From Convolutriloba macropyga (lineage: Eukaryota), in contig NC_134480.1 of the NCBI RefSeq assembly GCF_964194025.1, positions 13,144,001-13,208,000 on the forward strand: 64,000 bases of DNA, written 5' to 3'. The notes beneath the pieces were generated by a model. The model was not told where the DNA came from, ran no database searches, and saw only the letters and a list, made by a program, of their open reading frames with translations. A program made the translations under genes and the position numbers. Each line of letters starts with the position of its first letter. Within the stretch, counting starts at the first letter, position 1. Shown one piece after another: positions 53,901 through 64,000 of this stretch.

Positions 53901-56900
53901 TGTCGAAAATTGTAATGACTGTTGTAGAGCTTCCAATAGGCTAAGGTTATTGGTGATTGTTTCATAGTTTTTCCTCTTTCGAATTGTGAATTGTTTATAC
54001 CGCAGCAAGATCTATGATTTTTCCAGTGAGTCTCAATTCAAAGTGCTGCTTTTCCTTAATAAGCTTGTGAAGTCGTTAGTTCATATACTGGATATTTCCA
54101 CTAACGTGAAACATAAGTCGATTTACGTTGGAATTGGGTTTCATGGTTTCCCTTTCAAGCTGCATACTTCTAACTGGTGCAATATTGGGTTACAATTGCA
54201 ACAGAATTTCTAGGTTTCGCTTTATTAATAACCAAGATCCTTATTTGGTAACTTTCATTTTGTTTGTATAGAATCCTCTTTTACCCTTGTTTTATGTGTT
54301 TCCTCTTGTTTTTACAGAGTTTGTTTTGTTTTACAATCCATATTCAGTTTCATTGATGGTAGCAAATAATTGTTATAATAAAATTCTGCCTGAATGATGA
54401 AAATCAAAAGAAGAGCATTAATAAACTTGAAGTAATTGAAAAAGTGCAGCAGCTCCTGCCCTCTGAGTCAGAATTTTTAATTGTACCATGAATCAAGATT
54501 CAATGATGTGTCTTGTTTCTGAGCTTTGACCATTTGTATTTTATTTACAAATCATATTTAAGACGCGTACGCTATAACGGGAACTATATAGCCCCTATAG
54601 GCATTTTTTCATATGCTCTGATTTTAACCGATTTTCAGTTTAATTTTTCTTCCATCGAGGCTTTTATAGGCTCGATTTTGAGTAAGTCAAAAAATTTTCC
54701 ACGTAAGATCAACGCTAATTTCAACGCTAAATATGTAAGATCTACGCTAAAAATTAACGCTAAATATGTAAGATCTACGCCAAAATTCAACGCAAAATTA
54801 TGTAAGATTAGCGTTGAATGCGTTGAATTTATGTAAGACCAACGCTAAAATTCAACGCTAAATATGTAAGATCTACGCTAACAATTAACGCTAAATATGT
54901 AAGATCTACGCCAAAATTCAATGCAAATTTAAGTAAGGTTAGCGTTGAATGCGTTGAATTTATGTAAGATCAACGCTAAAATTCAACGCTAAATATGTAA
55001 GATCAACGCCAAGATTCAACGCAAAATTAAGCAAGATTAGAGTTGAATGCGGTAAATTTATGTAAGATCAACGCTAAACTCAACGCTAAATATATACGAT
55101 CTACGCTAAAATTCAACTCTTAATATGTGAGATCTACGCCCAAATTCAACCCATTCAACGCCAATCTTACATAATTTTGCGTTTTTTAGCGTTGACACCT
55201 CGGCCCGGGAAGTTCAAGTATTGTTTTAGTATTAGTGATGAAAATTTATGGCTTGTACGCTTCCAGTAATTCTCAACGCATTTGCTCGTGCGTTTTTTGG
55301 AATAATGAAGTTTACCCAAGTTGAGATGTCGAATTATGAAAAGACCGTGGTCGACCAATGGTGGGTATGAAATGGTTTTATGTCAACCCTAATTGTCTTG
55401 GTCGGCTTTAGGTTGACCCTAAAAGGTCATGCTCCCCTTTAGGTCGACTGATATGGTCATGGTCGACTTTAGGTCGACCGATATGGTCATGAACTACTTT
55501 AAGTCGACAGATATGGCACTGGTTGACCTTGGGTTTTAATTGATGCGTTTTTGCATAAAATTTAGTTGCAAGTGTTAATGGTTTTGTTTCAGTTGGCAAA
55601 AACTTTTGGCCAAGGACAAAATTTCTTTTTTAAAAAATCTTTGTTCCAGCCAACATATTGTCCGATGTTTCTGGTGCAATTTATTTTATCTTTGTACATA
55701 CAAAGTGTTCAACACTGGGATTCAAAGAACTCATGAAACCCTACAAATGCACCAAATATTTGGTAAAAAAGACCTATGAAGTAGACTTTAGGTCTACCGT
55801 ACTGGATATGAAAAGACCATGTCGACTTATGAGAAGACTTTAGGTCGACAGTATCATCTATGAACAGACTATGGGTTGAACGTTATCCGGGTATGAAAAG
55901 AACCTAGAGTCGAACACTATTGGATGTGAAAATACCGTTGGCCGGCTTATGAAAAGACTTTAAGTCGACGTTACTAAGGGATTCGACCTTGTATTTCGGG
56001 TAAGGAGACTACCCCCATGTCGACATTAAAAGTCTTTTCATAAGTTCGACCACTCAACTGGGGTAAGGTTGCTAATCTTAAGGCATCTCTCCTATCAGTT
56101 CTTTTGTAGGGGCGGGTCACTTCTCCATCAAAGTGATGTTTTAAATTTTTCCGCAGTCCAATGTTGGATTGATCTATTCTTGAAAATGTCCACACTAGTG
56201 CTTCGAGTAACTTCCGATACATCAACGCATTCTTTCTGGGTTTTTGCATTAGTAGCTGACGTTTACTTCTCTAGTTTTTCTTTCTAAGTACTTCGCATTT
56301 TTTGGTATCTATCCTCCTCAATAAAATCTTGAATATCTGAACCATTTGACTTCCCTTTCATCTCTATTCCATAGTAGGAAGATTCAGGTGCTTCAGTCTT
56401 CCACAATTTTTCGAGAACCTACCCGTCGCACAGGTCTTGCTACCCTCTCTTGCAACTCTGAGCTATCAAACTTTTCCGCCCATGCAAGTTTCTACTGCAT
56501 ATTCTAGATGAAGTCGTACAAGAGCATTATGGAGCTAAACGAACATTTTCGGAGTCAAACTCTTAAAACATTCTGTAACAAGTGGGATGGGCGTATTAGC
56601 TCCCCCATTTTAGTTAGGATACTCTCAAATTTCAAACAGCTGTCTGGTATTCTCCCAAGATATTTGGGATCAATTGTAAATCCCAGGTTTTTTTGTTTTG
56701 ACAAAAATTCCAATGAAAGTTTTTTGCGCTAAAGCTTTTTTTTTCTGACCAGTCTTAAAGCTCATCTAAACCATTTGGCAGTATTTCGGCGTCTCATGTC
56801 AATAATCCTATCATAGACGACTAGGTATTGTTCTGAGGAGGTTGTTTGCGGCAATGAGTTCATTTAGAAGACAAACAAAACAAGGCCTAGTACCACACCT

Positions 56901-58560
56901 GGTGGACTTCAGCTTCACAAAATCCTCCAGTTTGAGAAGAATTTGATGATGCTAGATAGTGGTTGTATAGCCAGAAGGAAATTGTTAATCAAATTAACTG
57001 TCAAGCAATTACATCCGTTTCGATAGGACATTGTCTTGGTGGTTCCTTCTTGAACACAAAAGCAAAGAGGGAAGCTAACACCTCTGCGTTCTCTTTGTTC
57101 GTCTCTGTTAAGCTACCCTTATCTTTCTCCAGGCAACGGTCGCCTTCAATTTTTTTTCATTTTTTTGACATAATTTAAAATAAAATTGGGTTCCTTTCAC
57201 TTCCAGGCAATTTTTTCTTCAACTTCTAAAAACCAAATTCTACATTTTCTGGCACTGTATTTTTTTGCGTAATCTTTGTAACTGTCTACATTTTCATCGT
57301 TACACTATAACTTCCAGGCAATCTTGTTTTCCAGCAACCAATTTCGCAGAGCACTTCTGTTTATTCTGTAACTAATTATTTTGACCAAAATTACGCAAGG
57401 TTTTCATAACTAGTGATTTGTACGTTTGCTATTTTTCTAATCATTTTTTGACCTTTGTCATAAAAAACTCTTGTTCAGACGCTTGCGGAATTTTCCAAAT
57501 TTTCATGTTTTTGAAATGTTGACTGTATTTGGTTCAGATTCAGTTTTGATGGCAATTTCTGCATTTGAAAGCCAATGGTACGCTTTGGCCAAGATGCTCT
57601 GCTATTTCAAGTTTCGTTTGTTCAATTGAACCATTAGTGAAAATAAAAGCTATCATGAAGTTTTACTGGTTTTTATTTGTTCCAGTTAAACATTACACAT
57701 TTTGCTCTAGAACAATGTCATTTGTTTGCCTCTTTTCAATTCTTTTTGACCAAGGTTGCTTGACTGTTACCTACAATTATTTGTTAAGTAAATTTGTCGA
57801 AAATTCTAATGACTGTTGTAGAGCTTCCAATAGGCTAAGGTTATTGGTGATTGTTTCATAGTTTTTCCTCTTTCGAATTGTGAATTGTTTATACTGCAGT
57901 GAGATCTATGATTTTTCCAGTGAGTCTTAATTCAAAGTGCTGCTTTTCCTTAATAAGCTTTTGAAGTCGTTAGTTCATATACTGGATACTTTCACTAACG
58001 TGAAACATCAGCCGATTTACGTTGGAATTGGGTTTCATGGTTTCCCTTTCAAGCTGCATACTTCTAACTGGTGCAATATTGGGTTACAATTGCAACAGAA
58101 TTTTTAGGTTTCGCTTTATTAATAACCAAGATCCTTATTTGATAACTTTCATTTTGTTTGTATAGAATCCTCTTTTACCCTTGTTTTATGTGTTTCCTCT
58201 TGTTTTTACAGAGTTTGTTTTGTTTTACAATCCATATTCAGTTTCATTGATGGTAGCCAATAATTGTTATAATAAAATTCTGCCTGAATGATGAAAATCA
58301 ATAGAAGAGCATTAATAAACTTGAAGTAATTGAAAAAGTGCAGCAGCTCCTGCCCTCTGAGTCAGAATTTTTAATTGTACCATGAATCAAGATTCAATGA
58401 TCTGTCTCGTTTCTGAGCATTGACTATTTGTATTTTATTTACACATCATCTTTAAGACGCGTACGCTATAACGGGAACTATATAGCCCCTATAGGAATTT
58501 ATTTTCATATGCTCTGATTTCAATCGGTTTTCAGTTTAAGTTTTCTTGCATCAAATTTTC
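50950..58560. repeat. ~3.9-kb tandem duplication (2 copies) containing a ~33-bp AAGATC(T/A)ACGC minisatellite, GTCGAC-rich ~24-bp repeats and a decayed CR1-like LINE on the minus strand
   Basis: ORF pairs offset ~3900 (51251/55167, 52613/56508, 53670/57565); LINE-like remnants LTETNKENAEVLASLFAFVFKKE and IFTNGSIEQTKLEIAEHLGQS. Confidence 0.85.
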
Positions 58561-59599
58561 TAGGTCTCTTTATTTCGTTTTTCCCCCTTAAAAATCGGAA
58601 GGATGCAGTTTGGAAGGATGCAATCACCAATTATTTTATGGAGAGAAAAGTTTTCAGACACAAGACAACAAACTACAAATCAAGGGAATTTTAGAGCGTC
58701 TATAACAATCTGTTGCCAAAAATTTCAACTTTGCAGTAAATTAGGAACGTTTTGGAATTTTATCCTACGGATATTTTAATTGGTTAAAGAAGTTTTGCGA
58801 TTGGGAACATTTCGTCATAGGCTTTTGTAGGCTCGATTGCGAGTTCTTCAAAACATTTATTCAAAAATAAAAAAAAATTTCAAATGTGTGATAATGAGCT
58901 ATCCACTTGTGCATGTAAAAAATGTAAAAAATTTTTCCACGTAGAAAAAATTGACAAATCAATTTGCATATTTACTTTTCCTTGTGCGCTGAGCGGTTGT
59001 TGATCTGCTGTGGTGACAGATCCAGTCCTTAAAATTGAACACAAATTTTTTTAAAAGTGTAAGAGAAACACAAACAAGACATACACAATGTTCTTATTAG
59101 TTTTCAAAATGTATCGAGAAGCGTATCCAAGTGAAGTATTTTGTTAATGATACAACCCAAAAAAAATATCGTGGGTATATCACTAAGTTTGCTCACATTA
59201 TCACATTAGTCAGAGAGTGTCATTACGAAAAATAGCTCCCAATACCCATGAATTATCTATTTATTTTTGAAATGCTTTCTTGAGCATAAAAACAAAGATG
59301 GAAGCTAACACGTCTGCATTCCCTTTTTTTTCCGTTAAGTTACTGTTATCGTTCTCCAGGCAACGGGCGCTTTCCATTTCTTCAATTTTTTGACAAAATT
59401 TAAAATAACTTTGGTTTCCTTTCACTTCCAGGCTATTTTTTCTTCAACTTCTAAAAACCAATTTTTACATTTTCTGGCACTGTATTTTTTTGCGTAATCT
59501 TTGTAACTGTCTACAATTTTGTCGTTCCATTATAGTTTCCAGGCATTCTTTTTCTTTCTGACAGCAATCAATGTCACAAAGCATTTTGTTTTTTGTTGA

Positions 59600-62500
59600 T
59601 TATTTTGTCCAAAATTACGTAACGTATTCATAACTACTGATTTGAAATTTTGCTACTTTGTATCAATGCTTTGACCATTGTCATAAATAAACCCACGTTC
59701 CAACCACTTGCGGAATTCTCCAAATTGGCGTTTTTTGAAGCGTTGACTGTGTTTTGTTGAGATTCAATTATGATGGCGAATTTAACTTTTGAAAGTCAAT
59801 GTTACACTTTGGCCAAGATGCGCTCCTATTTCAAGTTTCGTTAGTTCAATTGAACCATTAGTGAAGATAAAAGCTATCAAGAATTTTCACTAGTTTCTAT
59901 TTGTTCTAGTTAAATATTACACGCTCCGCTTTAGAACAATGTCATTCACTTGCCTCTTTCCAATTCTTCTCCGCCAAGGTTGCTTGATTGTTACCTACAA
60001 TTATTTGTTAGGTAAAGTCTTCCGATAGGCTAATGTTATTGTTGATTGTTTCATCGCTTTCCTTCTTCGGATTTTGATTTCTGTATACCGCATTGAGATC
60101 TAGGTTTTTTTCAGTGAGCCTCAGTTCAAGGTGCTGCATTTCCGTGATAGGCGTGAGAAATCGTTGGTTCATATATTGGATATTTTCACTAACGTGAAAC
60201 ATCAGTCGGCGTACGATGGAAATGGTTTTCATGTTTTCTCGTTCAAGCTGCATACTTCTAACTGGTGCAACATTGGGTTACAATTGCAACAGAATTTCTA
60301 GGCTTCGCTTTATTAATAACCAAGATCCTTATGTGATAACTTTCATTTTGTTTGTATAGAATCCTCTTTTACCCTTGTTTTATGTGTTTCCTCTTGTTTT
60401 TACAGAGTTTGTTTTGTTTTACAATCCATATTCAGTTTCATTGATGGTAGCCAATAATTGTTATAATAAAATTCTGCCTGAATGATGAAAATCAATAGAG
60501 GAGCATTAATAAACTTGAAGTAATTGAAAAAGTGCAGCAGCTCCTGCCCTCTGAGTCAGAATTTTTAATTGTACCATGAATCAAGATTCAATGATCTGTC
60601 TCGTTTCTGAGCATTGACTATTTGTATTTTATTTACACATCATCTTTAAGACGCGTACGCTATAACGGGAACTATATAGCCCCTATAGGCATTTATTTTC
60701 ATACGCTCTGATTTCAATCGGTTTCAGTTTAAGTTTTCTTCCATCAAATTTTCTAAGTCTTTATTTCATTTTCCCCCTTAAAATTTTCGCGTTCAAAGTG
60801 GTTTGAAAGGATGCAATCACGAATTCATTTTATGGAGAGAAAAATTTTCAGACACCAGACAACAAACTACATCTAAAGGGTATTTTAGAGCGTTTATAAC
60901 AATCTGTTGCAAAAACTTTCAACTTTGCAGTAAATTAGGAACGTTTTGGAATTTTATCCTACGGATATTTTAATTGGTTAAAGAAGTTAAGAACTTTGTT
61001 GTCACTGATTATTTTGTCAGAAATTACGTAACGTATTCATAACTACTGATTTGAAAGTTTGCTATTTTGTATCAATGCTTTGACCTTTGTCATAAAGAAA
61101 CTCACGTTCCAACAATTTGCGGAATTTTCCAAATTGGCGTTTTTTGATGCGTTGACTGTGTTTTGTTGAGATTCAATCATGATGGCGATTTTAACTTTTG
61201 AAAGTCAATGTTACACTTTGGCCAAGATGCGCTCCTATTTCAAGTTTCGTTTGTTCAATTGAACCATTAGTGAAGATAAGAGCTATCAAGAGTTTTCACA
61301 AGTTTCTATTTGCTCTAGTTAAATATTACACGCTCCACTTTTGAACAATGTCATTGACTTGCCTCTTTCCAATTCTTTTCCACCAAGGTTGCTTGGTTGT
61401 TACCTAGAATTTTTTGTTAGGTAAAGTCTTTCGATAGGCTACGGTTATTGGTGATTGTTTCATCGTTTTCCTCTTTCGAATTTCTATTTCTGTATACCGC
61501 ATTGAGATATGGTTTTTTTAGTGAGCCTCAGTTCAAATTGCTGCATTTCCGTGATAGGCATGAGAAATCGTTGGTTCATGTATTGGAAATTTTCACTAAC
61601 GTGAAGCATCAGTCGACGTACGTTGGGATGGTGTTCATGTTTTGCCGCTCAAGCTGCTTACTTCTAACTGGTGCCAAACTGGGTTACAACTGCAATAGAA
61701 TTTCTAGTTTTCGCTTTGTTAATAACCAATATCCATCTTTGATAACTTTCTTTTTGTTTGTATAGAATCCTCTTTCACCCTTGTTTTATGTGTTTCCTCT
61801 TGTTTTTACAGAGTTTGTTTTACAATCCATATTCAGTGTCATTGATGGCAGCAAGTTATTGTTATAATAATACTCTCCTTGAATAATGAAAGGCAATAGA
61901 AGCGCATTAAAAAATTTGAAGTAATTGAACAATGAAGTAGCTCCTGCCCTCTGAGTCAGAATTTTTAATTGTACCATGAATCAAGATTCAATGATGTGTC
62001 TTGTTTCTGAGCTTTGATCATTTGTATTTTAATTACACATCATTTTTAAGACGAGTATGCTATAACGGGAACTATATAGCCCCTATAGGCATTTATTTTC
62101 ATACGCTCTGATTTCAATCGGTTTCAGTTTAAGTTTTCTTCCATCAAATTTTCGAAGTCTTTATTTCGTTTTCCCCCTTAAAATTTTCGCGTTCAAAGCG
62201 GTTTGAAAGGATGCAATCACGAATTGATTTTATGGAGAGAAAAATTTTCAGACACCAGACAACAAACTACATCTAAAGTGTATTTTAGAGCGTTTATAAC
62301 AATCTGTTGCAAAAAATTTCAACTTTGCAGTAAATTAGGAACGTTTTGGAATTTTATCCTACGGATATTTTAATTGGTTAAAGAAGTTAAGAACTTTGTT
62401 GTCACTGATTATTTTGTCAGAAATTACGTAACGTATTCATAACTACTGATTTGAAAGTTTGCTATTTTGTATCAATGCTTTGACCTTTGTCATAAAGAAA

Positions 62501-64000
62501 CTCACGTTCCAACAATTTGCGGAATTTTCCAAATTGGCGTTTTTTGATGCGTTGACTGTGTTTTGTTGAGATTCAATCATGATGGCGATTTTAACTTTTG
62601 AAAGTCAATGTTACACTTTGGCCAAGATGCGCTCCTATTTCAAGTTTCGTTTGTTCAATTGAACCATTAGTGAAGATAAGAGCTATCAAGAGTTTTCACA
62701 AGTTTCTATTTGCTCTAGTTAAATATTACACGCTCCACTTTTGAACAATGTCATTGACTTGCCTCTTTCCAATTCTTTTCCACCAAGGTTGCTTGGTTGT
62801 TACCTAGAATTTTTTGTTAGGTAAAGTCTTTCGATAGGCTACGGTTATTGGTGATTGTTTCATCGTTTTCATCTTTCGAATTTCTATTTCTGTATACCGC
62901 ATTGAGATATGGTTTTTTTAGTGAGCCTCAGTTCAAATTGCTGCATTTCCGTGATAGGCATGAGAAGTCGTTGGTTCATGTATTGGAAATTTTCACTAAC
63001 GTGAAGCATCAGTCGACGTACGTTGGAATGGTGTTCATGTTTTGCCCCTCAAGCTGCTTACTTCTACCTGGTGCCAAACTGGGTTACAACTGCAATAGAA
63101 TTTCTAGTTTTCGCTTTGTTAATAACCAAGATCCATCTTTGATAACTTTCTTTTTGTTTGTATAGAATCCTCTTTCACCCTTGTTTTATGTGTTTCCTCT
63201 TGTTTTTACAGAGTTTGTTTTACAATCCATATTCAGTGTCATTGATGGCAGCAAGTAATTGTTATAATAATACTCTCCTTGAATAATGAAAGGCAATAGA
63301 AGCGCATTAAAAAATTTGAAGTAATTGAAAAATGAAGTAGCTCCTGCCCTCTGAGTCAGAATTTTTAATTGTACCATGAATCAAGATTCAATGATGTGTC
63401 TTGTTTCTGAGCTTTGATCATTTGTATTTTAATTACACATCATTTTTAAGACGAGTATGCTATAACGGGAACTATATAGCCCCTATAGGCATTTATTTTC
63501 ATACGCTCTGATTTCAATCGGTTTCAGTTTAAGTTTTCTTCCATCAAATTTTCGAAGTCTTTATTTCGTTTTCCCCCTTAAAATTTTCGCGTTCAAAGCG
63601 GTTTGAAAGGATGCAATCACGAATTGATTTTATGGAGAGAAAAATTTTCAGACACCAGACAACAAACTACATCTAAAGTGTATTTTAGAGCGTTTATAAC
63701 AATCTGTTGCAAAAGATTTCAACTTTGCAGTAAATTAGGAACGTTTTGGAATTTTATCCTACGGATATTTTAATTGGTTAAAGAAGTTAAGAATTTTGCT
63801 GTCACTGATCATTTGTCCAAAATTACGTAACGTATTCATAACTACTGATTTGAAAGTTTGCTATTTTGTATCAATGCTTTGACCTTTGTCATAAAGAAAC
63901 GCACGTTCCAACCACTTGCGGAGTTTTCCAAGTTGGCGTTTTTTGAAGCGTTGACTGGGTTTTGTTCAGGTTCAATTATGATGGCTACTTTAACTTTTGA
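59600..64000. repeat. ~1400-bp tandem array (~3 copies, continues past the window end) derived from the same LINE endonuclease-region fragment plus flank
   Basis: ORF pairs 61448/62848 and 61786/63186 offset exactly 1400; shared motif GCTATAACGGGAACTATATAGCCCCTATAGG. Confidence 0.88.

Overview
AT-rich, intron-containing animal (invertebrate-like) genomic DNA; the species cannot be established from the window. The dominant feature is a complete ~19-kb Maverick/Polinton (adintovirus-like endogenous dsDNA virus) at 2648-21619. It has AGTAGT...ACTACT ends, a perfect 6-bp target-site duplication (AGCGAC) and ~1-kb repeat-rich terminal inverted repeats (TIRs), and sits in an intron of a minus-strand STRIP1/2 (FAM40) gene. 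It encodes pPolB, packaging ATPase, integrase, penton, a basic core protein, major capsid and adenain, plus accessory ORFs; several genes carry stops or frameshifts. The most unusual cargo is a structurally intact initiator tRNA-Met gene next to the right TIR, whose -30 TATA-like element is supplied by the TIR repeat. Other notable Polinton features are recurring SRF-type CArG + ATF/CRE promoter modules, a Maelstrom-like DEDD nuclease, several PC4-like ORFs and a small membrane protein with an EGF-like cysteine pattern. Upstream of STRIP is a compact same-strand cluster RPL36A - MRPS9 - PDHB, each with a TTTTCAG acceptor just before the ATG (operon/trans-splicing-like). A 2281-bp tandem duplication copies RPL36A and MRPS9 exon 1. 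The rest is decayed CR1-like LINEs, a Gypsy gag relic, minisatellites and many local tandem duplications (598, 926, ~3900 and 1400 bp).
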